This document shows, piece by piece, positions 31,086-41,136 of a DNA stretch of 64,000 bases. Below the pieces are notes generated by a model that saw only the letters and a program-made list of their open reading frames with translations, had not been told where the DNA came from and made no database searches. The position numbers and the translations under genes were made by a program. This DNA comes from an uncultured bacterium. GTDB lineage: Bacteria; Verrucomicrobiota; Verrucomicrobiia; Verrucomicrobiales; DEV007. The stretch covers positions 1 to 64,000 of the forward strand of contig CAXBMO010000014.1 in NCBI GenBank assembly GCA_963977015.1, written 5' to 3'. The stretch's first letter is position 1; each line of letters begins with the position of its first letter.

Positions 31086-31648
31086 GGTTCTTCCCAGGTT
31101 GGCAGTTCGGTCTCGAATCCTTGCCGGACGTCTTTGAGCGTCGCCTCCCCGCGCTTCGGCTTCATTGCGAGTCGTTGTTCGATCAACTGAAGTTTAAGGG
31201 CGTAAACGATCAGGTTTTCCAAGCGCATAAAATGAGCCCGGTCGAGTTCGCCGAGAAACTTCCAGCGGAGGACGAAGAGGCTGTGCTCGATTTGAAGCGG
31301 GGCGGGGTTCTCGAACACCTCGCGGATTCGCAGCGTTGCAAAGGCGGGCCGTTCGCGCCGGGTGAACTCGGCCGCGTCCCAGCCCAATCGGGCAGCCCGA
31401 AGCACCAGAAGTTGCTCGCGCAATTCCGCGTCAAATGCGCGCCAACGGGCATAGATCGGATTTTGGGGTGGTGAATCGTGGTCGTCGATCCGCGCATTGG
31501 CGAGGGCTCGCAACTCCCCGGGCTGGACATAACGGCTGCAAACCGCAAGGAACGCCTCCAGGGAAAGGCTGGGTTCGCGCGCCGGGGTCAATTCGCGCGC
31601 CGGGGTCAAAGTTGGGAGCGAAGCCGCCAGGTAGTAATAAGCGCCCAT
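31082..31648 (-). CDS. V-type ATPase DUF2764 (subunit C-like) protein
   Basis: YYYLAASLP start; position between E and A. Confidence 0.8.
   Translation of the reverse strand: MGAYYYLAASLPTLTPARELTPAREPSLSLEAFLAVCSRYVQPGELRALANARIDDHDSPPQNPIYARWRAFDAELREQLLVLRAARLGWDAAEFTRRERPAFATLRIREVFENPAPLQIEHSLFVLRWKFLGELDRAHFMRLENLIVYALKLQLIEQRLAMKPKRGEATLKDVRQGFETELPTWEEP
31574..31609. repeat. 18-bp tandem duplication, in frame
   Basis: ttcgcgcgccggggtcaa x2, encoding LTPARE twice. Confidence 0.9.
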
Positions 31649-31651
31649 TTC

Positions 31652-32323
31652 TCAGTTTTGTTTTTCGCGGTTCGGGGTTGCCTCTGCCGCGGCTTCCACC
31701 AGCAGGGCGCGAAGGCGTTCTCCCACGAATTGGCCAAGCCACTCCGCCAACATGGGAGCGGTGAAGTCGTAATGCGCCCGGCCGTCCTTTAGCCCAATCC
31801 GCAGTCCCGCCGGGATGTCCGGGCTGGGTTTCAGTTCCACGCCGGCCAACAGGTGGGCGACCAACTCATCTTGCCCCAACCCCTGAAGGGCATCCAGGTC
31901 ATCGGGCCCCAAAAGGGATTCCAACTCCGCCTCCGGCTCGTTCTTGCGCCAATTTTCGGCCAGCGCGTGTAGGATGCTCGCCAACTCCTTCCCGCGCATC
32001 GCCTCGGCGGTCTTCCGCCCCAGAACCACGCGCAATTGCGCCAGCAAAGCCGCCTCAAAACCCAGCAGAGCATCCCGGCTCGCCCGTTTCACCGCGTCCT
32101 GCGAGGTTGTCTCAAAACGCTCCGCCTCCTTTCGCCCCTCCTCAATGATGCGGGCCGCCTCTTCCTTCGCTTTGGTTAGCATTTGCCGAGCCTGGGTTTC
32201 GGCCGATTTCAAGACGCGACCAGCCTCAACCTCGGCCTCCTCGACGGCCTCGCGGCGGATCGAGTCGATCAGAGATTGGAAGGCGTTGATGGAGTCGTCA
32301 GCGTGGTCGGTTGCAGTGGGCAT
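31652..32323 (-). CDS. atpE: V-type ATPase subunit E
   Basis: LIDSIRREAVEEAE coiled coil, AGLRIGLKDG..YDFT. Confidence 0.85.
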   Translation of the reverse strand: MPTATDHADDSINAFQSLIDSIRREAVEEAEVEAGRVLKSAETQARQMLTKAKEEAARIIEEGRKEAERFETTSQDAVKRASRDALLGFEAALLAQLRVVLGRKTAEAMRGKELASILHALAENWRKNEPEAELESLLGPDDLDALQGLGQDELVAHLLAGVELKPSPDIPAGLRIGLKDGRAHYDFTAPMLAEWLGQFVGERLRALLVEAAAEATPNREKQN

Positions 32324-32340
32324 AAGCTCCTCAGCGCTTA

Positions 32341-32367
32341 AAACGCCACCCTGACGAATACCACTCA
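32341..32367 (-). promoter_or_regulatory. Putative ECF promoter of V-ATPase operon
   Basis: TGAGTG-N14-GGCGTTT. Confidence 0.6.
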
Positions 32368-32393
32368 AAGTTTTTTGAGGGCCACATGGCGAA

Positions 32394-32972
32394 TCAAGAA
32401 TTGATGGGTGATCCCTCCGATTTGTTGGAGCCAGGGATTTTGCAAAACCCTTGAGGCGGAATGTCGAGGGCGCTGTTGAATTTGCTGGAAAGATTTTGGA
32501 AAGCGATCAGCCCGGTCAACTCGACAATGGCGTCCTCGCTGAAATACTCCTTGAGACGATCAAGCAACGAAGTATCGACTGGCTGGCCGGAGCGGGTCAT
32601 GGCCTCGGTATATTCCAGGACGACCCGTTCTCGCGCATCGAAGCAATCGCTTGTCTTCCACTCCTCCAGGGCCTCCACCTTCTCCATAGACCCGGACCGC
32701 TTGGCCAGGGTCATCGAGTTGATGTCCACGCAGAACCGGCACCAGTTGATCTGCGAGACCCGAACGGTCACTAGCGAACGCAGCGCCGGGTCAATGGGCG
32801 AACGCCTGCGATCCAGAACTCCATAAAGAATCGCAACCGCTGCAAACAATCGCGGCACGCGTCCCCAGACTAATCCCGGAACGAGAACCTGGCCATATTT
32901 GCGTTTCTGGTTCCAGAAAAACGGGCGCAGATACCAAGGGTATTCATGCAACGGCTTGGTGGAAATTTTCAT
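32394..32972 (-). CDS. Carboxymuconolactone decarboxylase/AhpD-like protein
   Basis: VSQINWCRFCVDIN, EDAIVELTGLIAFQN. Confidence 0.88.
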   Translation of the reverse strand: MKISTKPLHEYPWYLRPFFWNQKRKYGQVLVPGLVWGRVPRLFAAVAILYGVLDRRRSPIDPALRSLVTVRVSQINWCRFCVDINSMTLAKRSGSMEKVEALEEWKTSDCFDARERVVLEYTEAMTRSGQPVDTSLLDRLKEYFSEDAIVELTGLIAFQNLSSKFNSALDIPPQGFCKIPGSNKSEGSPINS

Positions 32973-33035
32973 CCTGATCTTGGTGAATTCATGGTTTTCT
33001 GCAGGAGGTTGGAATTTCAATCTTCCCCTTGGTTC

Positions 33036-33062
33036 CAACGCCGGACGGACCAAATCCCCTCC
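33036..33062 (-). promoter_or_regulatory. Putative ECF promoter (leftward)
   Basis: GGAGGG-N14-GGCGTTG. Confidence 0.7.
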
Positions 33063-33070
33063 GGATAAAT

Positions 33071-33097
33071 TGAGGGAGCATGGCAAATCCGGCGTTG
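33071..33097 (+). promoter_or_regulatory. Putative ECF promoter (rightward, glgX)
   Basis: TGAGGG-N14-GGCGTTG. Confidence 0.75.
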
Positions 33098-33149
33098 AAC
33101 AAAGTAAAGCTGGAGGATGAATATTTCCGTCTCCAACGTAAGTAACCCC

Positions 33150-35225
33150 ATGACCACGCGCTGGCACAGCAACGAAGGATGCTCGTTTCCGGTAGGTGTC
33201 TCCTGGGTTGAGAAGGAGTCCGCCTACAACTTCGCGCTCTACTCTAAGAACGCGCACACCGTAACGCTTCAATTTTACACTCAAGAATGCCTGAACGAAC
33301 CCGTGTTCCGGTTTGAGTTCGACTACCTGAAGAACAAATCCGGGCCAATCTGGCATTGCCGGATTCCCCGCAACCGGCTTGGAAACGCGCGCTACTACGC
33401 CTACCGCATTGCCGGGCCCCCGCCGGGACCGCGATTTGAATGGCACAACTTTGACCCTGAAAAGCTCCTCCTCGACCCCTATGCCAAAACCGTCTACTTC
33501 CCGCCTGACTTTGACCGAGAGGCAGCGATAACTCCCGGCTCGAACGAAGGACGCGCACCTCTGGGGCAGCTTGAAGACATCGGCTGCGATTGCGCTTTTG
33601 ATTGGGGAGAAGACAAGCCGCCGCGTCACGACTCGGACCTCGTCATCTACGAAATGCACGTCCGTGGTTTCACCCGCCATGCCAGTTCCGGGATTGCGGA
33701 GGAAAAACGCGGAACTTTCGCCGGTGTGATCGAGAAAATCCCGCATTTGACCGAGCTGGGCGTTACGGCGGTCGAGTTGATGCCGGTTTTTCAGTTCGAT
33801 CCGCAGGAGAGCAACTACTGGGGCTACATGCCGCTGAGCTTCTTCGCTCCCCATCACGCTTACTCGGTGGATGCCGAACAGTGCCGGCAACACGACGAAT
33901 TCCGCGAAATGGTAAAGGCACTCCACGAGGCCGGCATCGAGGTGATTCTGGATGTTGTCTACAACCACACCGGAGAAGGCGATTGCACGGGGCCGATCTA
34001 CAGCTTCAAGGGGGTCGACAACACCAGTTATTACATGCTGACCGGCGATCCCGAAAATCCCTACGCAAATTTCAGCGGGACGGGAAACACTCTCCATACC
34101 GCCAACCGTGCAGTCCGGGAACTCATCATCGACAGCCTGCGTCACTGGGTGTGCGAATGCCATGTCGATGGGTTCCGTTTTGACCTTGCGTCGGTGTTTA
34201 CTCGAAAATCCGATGGCTCAGTCAGCCCGGAGGAGCCGCCGATTTTCGGAGAGATTCGCTCCCATCCCGAACTGGCGGACATTCGCCTCATCGCCGAACC
34301 GTGGGACGCGAGTGGACTCTACCAGTTGGGCCGGCATTTTCCGGGAACGATGTGGATGCAGTGGAATGGCCGTTATCGCGAAACGTTGCAACGTTTTGTG
34401 CGCGGGGATTTCGGGATGGTCGGCGATCTGATGACAAGGATCTATGGCAGCCCGGATTTCTTTCCGGACGAACGGAGCGAGGCGTGTCATCCCTGGCAAA
34501 GCATCAACTATATAGCGAGCCATGACGGGTTCACTCTCTACGACCTGGTTTCTTACAATGAGAAGAACAACTGGGCCAACGGCCACGACAACACCGATGG
34601 CAACGGAGACTTCAGCTGGAACTCCGGCTGGGAGGGCAACGAAGGCGCTTCGCCGGAAACGCTGCGGCTTCGCAAACAACAGGTGAAGAACTTTTTCTGC
34701 CTGCTTATGCTCTCCAACGGGACGCCGATGTTCCGAATGGGTGACGAGTTTCTCAACTCGCAGGGCGGCAACAACAATCCTTATAACCAGGACAATAAAA
34801 CCAGTTGGCTGGATTGGAATCAGCTCCAAATGCATTCGGATGTGTTCGGCTTTTTCAAGCGAATGATCGCGTTCCGCAAGCAGCATCTCTCCATCTCGCG
34901 CTCGCGCTTTTGGCGCGGCGACATCCAGTGGTATGGGACGGGCCGTGACGTGGATTTGTCCGCGGGTTCAAGACAGTTGGCCTATTACCTGAGCGGGGCT
35001 TCGCAAAATAACGACGATCTCTACGTCATGATTAACGCGAGCGACCGTGACACCGAGTTTAAGATTCAGGAAGGAGTTGCCGGTGACTGGAGAAGAGCAG
35101 TCGATACGGCAAAAATGGCTCCGGATGACATCCTGGAACCCGGCGAGGAGAAACCCCTGCGTTCCGCCGCCTGCAATGTAAAAGGGCGTTCAGTAGTGGT
35201 GATTATTCGGCTGATTTCATCATGA
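33150..35225 (+). CDS. glgX: Glycogen debranching enzyme/isoamylase (GH13)
   Basis: IYEMHVRGF, NYWGY, DVVYNH, DGFRFDLA, IAEPWD, HDGFTL; alternative start 33117. Confidence 0.95.
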   Translation: MTTRWHSNEGCSFPVGVSWVEKESAYNFALYSKNAHTVTLQFYTQECLNEPVFRFEFDYLKNKSGPIWHCRIPRNRLGNARYYAYRIAGPPPGPRFEWHNFDPEKLLLDPYAKTVYFPPDFDREAAITPGSNEGRAPLGQLEDIGCDCAFDWGEDKPPRHDSDLVIYEMHVRGFTRHASSGIAEEKRGTFAGVIEKIPHLTELGVTAVELMPVFQFDPQESNYWGYMPLSFFAPHHAYSVDAEQCRQHDEFREMVKALHEAGIEVILDVVYNHTGEGDCTGPIYSFKGVDNTSYYMLTGDPENPYANFSGTGNTLHTANRAVRELIIDSLRHWVCECHVDGFRFDLASVFTRKSDGSVSPEEPPIFGEIRSHPELADIRLIAEPWDASGLYQLGRHFPGTMWMQWNGRYRETLQRFVRGDFGMVGDLMTRIYGSPDFFPDERSEACHPWQSINYIASHDGFTLYDLVSYNEKNNWANGHDNTDGNGDFSWNSGWEGNEGASPETLRLRKQQVKNFFCLLMLSNGTPMFRMGDEFLNSQGGNNNPYNQDNKTSWLDWNQLQMHSDVFGFFKRMIAFRKQHLSISRSRFWRGDIQWYGTGRDVDLSAGSRQLAYYLSGASQNNDDLYVMINASDRDTEFKIQEGVAGDWRRAVDTAKMAPDDILEPGEEKPLRSAACNVKGRSVVVIIRLISS

Positions 35226-35409
35226 GGGATCACCGTGAAAACGCCGTTTGAATAGATGAGAGCCCTTAAAACTCTTCTCCAACCATGACCCTTCGAACTT
35301 CAACAGCCGCTCTGGCCGCAGTCTTAGCCGGCCTCCTATCCGCGTCCTGCGTGACGACGCGAAACTCCACCGCAAACGCAGTTCCGCGATCCACAAGAAA
35401 GAGCCTGAT

Positions 35410-35694
35410 ATGTCAAATCGAAACCGTGGTCCGGTAGGTCGCCTTGCCATCGTCCTAGCGCTTCTCACATCAGTTGGCTGCGGTGCCGATCCGGACTCTG
35501 CCGCTTTGACTGTGGTGACCGCCGAGCAGATCCTCCTCGACCAGTTCGAAGGCTGGCGCGACACGGTTCTGATCTGGCCGCAGGAAACGGTCGATGTCGG
35601 AGTCGTGCCACTCGACAAAGGAAAATGGCTGACCCACTGCCACATTCAAGAACATGCCGAAGCCGGGATGATGACGCTGGTGGAGGTCGAATAA
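35410..35694 (+). pseudogene. Internally deleted multicopper oxidase
   Basis: Lipoprotein signal joined to WRDTV...GKWLTHCHIQEHAEAGMM. Confidence 0.7.
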
Positions 35695-35737
35695 ATCGAA
35701 AGCCCGCACCCGGGAGGCAGAAATAGCCGTAAGACGG

Positions 35738-35869
35738 TTAGCGAGACGAGCAGCACGAAGGTGGTTCTTGCTCCCCCGCGCTTTGATGATGATGCCCACC
35801 AGTAACGCACGAGGTGAGGGCGAGCGCAGCAAGAGCTATTCCAATGAAGAACAACAATTTTAGTTTCAT
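35738..35869 (-). CDS. Small His/Cys lipoprotein (43 aa)
   Basis: MKLKLLFFIGIALAALALTSCVTGGHHHQSAGEQEPPSCCSSR; lipobox LTSC. Confidence 0.65.
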   Translation of the reverse strand: MKLKLLFFIGIALAALALTSCVTGGHHHQSAGEQEPPSCCSSR

Positions 35870-35949
35870 TTTTGTATTTGTGGTGTGAATGCGCGGATTA
35901 AGGTTGTTAGGCGATCCCGGACACGAAATGCGGGTCCGCCCATCCGGTC

Positions 35950-35976
35950 CAACGTCACGCGCCGGACAATCCCTCG
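35950..35976 (-). promoter_or_regulatory. Putative ECF promoter
   Basis: CGAGGG-N14-GACGTTG. Confidence 0.5.
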
Positions 35977-37148
35977 GAATTTTGAGTGAGCTTCAGAGCG
36001 AAGCGCCGGAAGAGCATCGGCCCGGCCAGGGTAGTCGCCACCAGAACCAGCGTCAGCACGGAGAATTGGCTCTGGGTCAGAGCGAGTGTTGTCAATCCCA
36101 CCTGCGCGAAAACCAGCCCTACTTCGCCGCGAGGGACCATTCCGCTTCCAATCGCGGCGCGGTTCAATCCGCCACCCGGAGCCAGCCAGGGAGCGGCGAT
36201 CTTCGAGCCGACGGCAATCCCCACCAGGAGAACGACGACGCCGAATTCCGCCCATCCCATCCCACCATCGAACGCGATCGAGCTTCCGATGAGCACGAAA
36301 AAGATCGGCGTCAGCAAATCCGTCAACGGCTCGAAGGCTTTTTCCAATGCGGCTTCGTCGCGCTTGGAGAAGACGAGGCCGGCGGCGTAGGAACCGATAA
36401 TTGCAGCCAAACCCACGCGTTCGGCAAGGTGAGCCATGACGAGCAGGTAACCGAACGCGAGGGCAACGAGCACCACTTCACCGCGCAGCCAGTCGGTTAG
36501 CTTGTCGAACAGGCGCACGACGTGGGGGCCCAGGGCAACGGCCGCGCCGAGAAAGAGGACTGCTTGAAACAAGCTTCTTCCAAGGGCGGGCCCGATCGAT
36601 TCCGTCTGCGCGGTGAGGGCGGTGATGACGGAGAGCAGCAGGAGCCCGAGCACGTCATCCATGACGGCGGCACCCATGATGATGCGGGCTTCGGGGGAAT
36701 CCCGGACGCCGAGTTCTTCGATCACCGCCGCCGTCACTCCGATACTCGTCGCGGTGAGGGCTGCGCCCAGGAAGAGGGCCGCCGGAAACGGCCACTGAAT
36801 CAGGAGTCCGATGCCTAGACCGAGACCGAAAGGAAGAATCATCCCGGCGGCGGCAACCGCCAGCGCCGGACGCCAGACCCGCGTGAAATGCTGGAGGCGT
36901 GTTTCCAGCCCGATCTTGAAAAGCAACACGCAGAGGCCGATCTCGGCCAATTCAAAGAAACCATTGGAACCTCCGTTCCCGTTGTCGCCGTGAGCTTCTC
37001 CCGGTTGGATCAGGCCGAGGACCATCGGGCCGAGCAGGACGCCTGCGAGGATCTGCCCCACCACTGCGGGCAATCCAGCGCGCCGGCCAAGCTGTCCGAG
37101 CAAAATTGCCGGTATTATCGCCAGTGGCAGGAGCAGGTGCAGACTCAT
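35955..37148 (-). CDS. Cation:proton antiporter (CPA2)
   Basis: GQILAGVLLGP, ATSIG, AAVMDD, PRGEVG. Confidence 0.92.
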   Translation of the reverse strand: MSLHLLLPLAIIPAILLGQLGRRAGLPAVVGQILAGVLLGPMVLGLIQPGEAHGDNGNGGSNGFFELAEIGLCVLLFKIGLETRLQHFTRVWRPALAVAAAGMILPFGLGLGIGLLIQWPFPAALFLGAALTATSIGVTAAVIEELGVRDSPEARIIMGAAVMDDVLGLLLLSVITALTAQTESIGPALGRSLFQAVLFLGAAVALGPHVVRLFDKLTDWLRGEVVLVALAFGYLLVMAHLAERVGLAAIIGSYAAGLVFSKRDEAALEKAFEPLTDLLTPIFFVLIGSSIAFDGGMGWAEFGVVVLLVGIAVGSKIAAPWLAPGGGLNRAAIGSGMVPRGEVGLVFAQVGLTTLALTQSQFSVLTLVLVATTLAGPMLFRRFALKLTQNSEGLSGA

Positions 37149-37154
37149 GACCGA

Positions 37155-37844
37155 TTACTCATCCTTAGACGGGGTGTGTTGCATGCCGTCCGCCGGACCA
37201 CAGTGACAATCGTCAGTCTGAAGCTTGCCCGTCTTATCCGGAGAAGGATGGCAAGGGCATTCGTAACCGGGATCGAGAAACCTTGCCAGCAAACGTTGGA
37301 CGAGCCGGCTGGGGTCTGAATCGTAGATTACCTCCGCGCCAGTCGATTTGTGGATCTGGCTTTCGATCGTTTTCATCACATCCGAAATGCCTCCAGTCCC
37401 GGTGAGAACGCCGATCAGTTTTCCTTCATCATAAGCAATCGCAAATTCTCCCAAGGTTCCGGAACTTCCGCCGACCAGGACTACGATGTCGCTGCTGCGA
37501 ATATTGATCAGCTCGCGTCCCATGAAACCGAGACCGGTGTAAATCAACACATCGTATTCCTGCCAGGGAGAGTTGAAAGTCTCGACATGCTCCTTGAAGC
37601 TGATCGCCGGCGAAATGCCAATGGTGTGACCAGCCTCATCCTTGGCCCCAAAAGCGGCGGCTTGCGGCAGGCCCGGGCAGGCGCCCGTAAGGAGACAACA
37701 TCCTCGCCGGGCCACGGACTTTCCCAACACCCGGCAACGTTGCACAACTTCCCGGTCGTGGTCGCCACTCGCCGAACCCATGACGCCAAAGCGCACCGGA
37801 TGTCCGTTTAGGGGATTGATTCCGATGGTTGGTTGGGTTGGCAT
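37155..37844 (-). CDS. LOG/SLOG-family nucleotide-binding protein
   Basis: FGVMGSA, LTGACPGLP, GGSSGTLGEF. Confidence 0.85.
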   Translation of the reverse strand: MPTQPTIGINPLNGHPVRFGVMGSASGDHDREVVQRCRVLGKSVARRGCCLLTGACPGLPQAAAFGAKDEAGHTIGISPAISFKEHVETFNSPWQEYDVLIYTGLGFMGRELINIRSSDIVVLVGGSSGTLGEFAIAYDEGKLIGVLTGTGGISDVMKTIESQIHKSTGAEVIYDSDPSRLVQRLLARFLDPGYECPCHPSPDKTGKLQTDDCHCGPADGMQHTPSKDE

Positions 37845-37903
37845 GGCATGGAGCTTAATAAATCTCAATTTGAATTTCGTTTGTATTCCCCTTGCATTGC
37901 TTC

Positions 37904-37930
37904 TAACGCCGACAAAGGGGCCTACCCTCA
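37904..37930 (-). promoter_or_regulatory. Putative ECF promoter
   Basis: TGAGGG-N14-GGCGTTA. Confidence 0.75.
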
Positions 37931-38030
37931 GAAAATCCGTAGAAGTCAGGGCACCAAAAGCGAGTGGCCAATAGCGCGATTTCAAAATCAAGCTGGGCAG
38001 TTCATCGGAAGGCTGCAACCAAAGGGCCAT

Positions 38031-38369
38031 CTATGAACTTCCATCACCTGCGGCTTTCAACTTCGCCAGGTATTTCTCTGGGGCTTCCTTGAAATCGTCG
38101 ATGCACGACTTGCAACAAAACTTCACGGTGGTGCCGTTGTGGTCCATGGTGATTGGGTCGCCCATGCTTCCAAGGTCTTCGTCTGAAACGACGCAGGTTT
38201 TCAAGGGGTAACCATCATCCGTGGCCGACGTTTGGGCCGTGTTGCTGGCTTGATGGTTGTGAGTTCCGTGGTTATGACCATCATCTTTATGGCCGTCATC
38301 GCAAGCGATGATAAGAAAGGCGCCGACAAGGGCTGCAATGGGGGCGCCGATTAACAGTTTCAAGTTCAT
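38031..38369 (-). CDS. YHS/TRASH-like metal-binding lipoprotein
   Basis: IIAC lipobox, His-rich linker, CVVS...FCCKSC..F...PEKY. Confidence 0.85.
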   Translation of the reverse strand: MNLKLLIGAPIAALVGAFLIIACDDGHKDDGHNHGTHNHQASNTAQTSATDDGYPLKTCVVSDEDLGSMGDPITMDHNGTTVKFCCKSCIDDFKEAPEKYLAKLKAAGDGSS

Positions 38370-38390
38370 GGTCGCTGGTTTGTAGAGTTG

Positions 38391-39164
38391 TCAGGATGGT
38401 TCGATTTCGTAGATCCGGTAAACGTTTCCGAGTTCGTCTTCGCTTTTTTGGTAGAGCGGCCAAGCTACGACACGGTCACTCCTGACCCATTTTGGTGGGA
38501 TCGGAGACTGCTTCTGGAGAATGCGATGAAAGTCATCTGGGTTTGCAAATAGGACGATGATCCGGCGAGGATTTGCGCGCAGCGATGCCGCCAGGTTGTC
38601 GATCACTTTCTCCAAAACGGGCCCACGAAACGGGTTGAAGAAGTGGAGCACCGTTGCGTCCTCCGGAATCGGATATTGCGTCGCGTCTTGCTGAATTATT
38701 TCCACGGAGCCACAGCGGAATCGAACACGTTGGCTAGCAACTGCTAAATTCTGTTCCGCCTCATCAGCCAACTCGGGCAGGAACTCTACGCCGATGACCC
38801 TTCGGAGGGGCAATTTTGCGGCCTCCAACAAGACTCTTCCGCGGCCCGCTCCAAAGTCGATGAAAACGTCGTCCTTGTGCAACTCCCTGGGGCAATGGCG
38901 CAGGGCCGCGCGAAATGACAAATAGTTGGTGGGGGCGTAATCGACGTAGTCTTCGCTCTCGATGCCCAACTGGCTCAGCGGCAGGCAACGACTGGTGGAA
39001 ATCCCGAAACGTCGATCGGTCCAGCGGTCGACAGAAAGATTGACCAGGACACCAAATCCTTTCCATGCCCCGTGATGCCGAAACACCTGGACGATCCTTG
39101 CCGGATAACGAGTGAGGCGCACCAAGGGATACTGGGCCGGCTGAGCCGCTGCGGAGTCGCTCAT
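38391..39164 (-). CDS. Class I SAM-dependent methyltransferase
   Basis: FIDFGAGRGR, IGVEF, QDA, FFNPF. Confidence 0.85.
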   Translation of the reverse strand: MSDSAAAQPAQYPLVRLTRYPARIVQVFRHHGAWKGFGVLVNLSVDRWTDRRFGISTSRCLPLSQLGIESEDYVDYAPTNYLSFRAALRHCPRELHKDDVFIDFGAGRGRVLLEAAKLPLRRVIGVEFLPELADEAEQNLAVASQRVRFRCGSVEIIQQDATQYPIPEDATVLHFFNPFRGPVLEKVIDNLAASLRANPRRIIVLFANPDDFHRILQKQSPIPPKWVRSDRVVAWPLYQKSEDELGNVYRIYEIEPS

Positions 39165-39172
39165 GGTTGGTA

Positions 39173-39199
39173 GAACTCCGCGAATCGAGCAATCCCTCA
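39173..39199 (-). promoter_or_regulatory. Putative ECF promoter
   Basis: TGAGGG-N14-GGAGTTC. Confidence 0.55.
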
Positions 39200-39217
39200 A
39201 AAATTCTGTCGCAACTC

Positions 39218-39691
39218 TTATTCGGACCTGGAATAGACCGTCACCAGGAGGACTCCGCTATTGCCGCCCGGATTGGCTTCGAATGAGGTAGAATAAGCTT
39301 CCGGAGTTCCCAGGGCAATCGTAAGCCTACCATGTTGGTCCAATTGGTAGATCGCCTTCATTTCCGGGACGAGTTCGTTAGCGGGTCCCACTTTTTCGGT
39401 GAGGATTCGCATTTGATGGGGATTTTTGGATTCATCCGTCTCGATGCGGCCGCTACTGGAAAACTTTTGAGTCTTCCAATCGGCTTGGACGAACGTCCCA
39501 TCCGCATTGATCCGCATGGTCAGGGCGTTTCCGGAGGTTCTGGCCCACTGCTGCGCGGTAGCTGGCTTGCTCTGGCCAATGAGCCAATAACTCTGTGGTA
39601 TCCAAAGCCCGGTTAGCTCCTTGGGAGTCTCGGCTTTCAACGCCGGGCCGCAGCAGACGAGAATCAGGATGATGGAACGCAAGCAGTGCAT
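39218..39691 (-). CDS. Secreted protein, TIGR03067-like
   Basis: Signal peptide, ELTGLW, DESKNPHQM, AIYQLD..GRLTIAL. Confidence 0.6.
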   Translation of the reverse strand: MHCLRSIILILVCCGPALKAETPKELTGLWIPQSYWLIGQSKPATAQQWARTSGNALTMRINADGTFVQADWKTQKFSSSGRIETDESKNPHQMRILTEKVGPANELVPEMKAIYQLDQHGRLTIALGTPEAYSTSFEANPGGNSGVLLVTVYSRSE

Positions 39692-39916
39692 AAAGTTAAG
39701 ATTACGGGGAAAATGGGCACCGTCAAAAACGACAAGACAATCCTTTCGGCCGAACAGTCTCAATTTTTTAGGTGATTGGCAAAGATCGTGACGCGGTTCA
39801 GATCACGACGTTCGGCCTCTACGGGTTTGAAAAAAGCGGCCACACTACGGCGAATCGGGGGGCATTCGCACTGACTCGTTTCCAAGGTGTGGCGGACAGG
39901 TTCTGAAAACGGACGT

Positions 39917-40810
39917 TCAATACCAAAACCGAATCCCGGCGGTGGCCATGAACTCGTTTTCCAGCGAGTTTCCGTTCAAGTTTTGCGCCACCGGAATCTG
40001 AACCGCCGCTTCCGCGATCCAGCGCTGGGTGACGTATTGCAGCCCGGGCCCCAGAAACCACTGAAAGCCGCCGGAATCCCCAACCAAACCTCCGAAATCC
40101 CGGTCGCGATCCCGCCAGACCAGATTCGATTCCAGCACCGCGTAGAAAAACCCCGGAACGCCTGCGCCCAGTTCCCGCGGCCAGAGCCGGTACTGAAAAC
40201 TCAGGTCCAACCGCGCTTCGTCGCCGAATTCATAGCCGTCCGCCTGCGTGTTGAACTTCCACGAAGCGGACGCGTCCAGTTGCCATTGCAGCGTCTGCCA
40301 GGTAAACACGCTGCCCGCTATCGGATCCCAGGATCCTGAGCCGAGCTGAAGCGGCGCAGGCAATTCCCCCAATTCGTCGCGCGCGCCATTTTCGCCCGAG
40401 GGCAGTTCCAGGCCGGCGAACGCGCCCAAACGCAGGGTTTCGCCGGGCTGGTCGCGCTGCGCCAGGGTGTAGCGCGCCAACACGCGGACGTCGCCCAAGC
40501 CCGAATCGCCGCGCCTGGTTCGACCGGCCTGGTCCAGGTTTTTCTCCAGAAACGGCAGCACTCCGAAAAGCGTCAACCGCTCGCCTGCGCCGTAGACGAA
40601 CACAGTTGGGTAGGCCCAGACGCTCGCTTTTCTCCCCAGCCCGGATGGATCGCTGCCGGTTTGAAGGTAGTTGGCCTGAACGCGCACCAGCAATTCGTCT
40701 TCGCCCACGGGAAGGGCGGAGTTGGAGGTGATTGGCGCTGCGTGAAGGCCCGTCGGAATGGCTAGCGCCGCGATGAGGCGTACAAAGCCAGAAAGCCGTT
40801 GCAGATTCAT
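39917..40810 (-). CDS. Outer-membrane beta-barrel (MetA-pathway/transporter-like)
   Basis: Signal peptide, SGLGD, QLGSGSWD, C-terminal GIRFWY. Confidence 0.8.
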   Translation of the reverse strand: MNLQRLSGFVRLIAALAIPTGLHAAPITSNSALPVGEDELLVRVQANYLQTGSDPSGLGRKASVWAYPTVFVYGAGERLTLFGVLPFLEKNLDQAGRTRRGDSGLGDVRVLARYTLAQRDQPGETLRLGAFAGLELPSGENGARDELGELPAPLQLGSGSWDPIAGSVFTWQTLQWQLDASASWKFNTQADGYEFGDEARLDLSFQYRLWPRELGAGVPGFFYAVLESNLVWRDRDRDFGGLVGDSGGFQWFLGPGLQYVTQRWIAEAAVQIPVAQNLNGNSLENEFMATAGIRFWY

Positions 40811-41136
40811 GACTCCCTCCCTCCGGTGGTTTTCACGCCCGGGGCTACCTCAATCTTGCCTGCGGTAAATCCGGCTTTTTTCACTGCTTGGCGCAGGTTC
40901 GCCAAATCGACCTGCTTCGGTTCCAGGATTAAAACGAAGGTGCCCGTTTTCAAATCGGCGCGAACGCTCTTCACGTTGGGCACTTTTTTCAGCCGTTTTT
41001 CCACGCCGTTGACGCAAAACGGACAAGCCAGGCCATACACGGACATGCGGACGTCCGGAACCGGTTCTGCAGCCGCAAGCGGTAAAATGAACATTAACGT
41101 CAGGCTGGCCAGGAGGAATTGGATGGGTCTCGTCAT
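40807..41136 (-). CDS. Periplasmic HMA-domain protein
   Basis: Signal peptide, GLACPFC. Confidence 0.88.
   Translation of the reverse strand: MTRPIQFLLASLTLMFILPLAAAEPVPDVRMSVYGLACPFCVNGVEKRLKKVPNVKSVRADLKTGTFVLILEPKQVDLANLRQAVKKAGFTAGKIEVAPGVKTTGGRES

Noticed and set aside
32973-34163. Long N-terminal extension of the 589 aa ORF
   Set aside because: Antisense to glgX; the AhpD-like domain starts at 32972 after its own promoter motif.
35815-35840. TGAGGG on plus strand as an additional promoter
   Set aside because: No GGCGTT-like -10 at 14 nt, and it lies within a minus-strand small gene.
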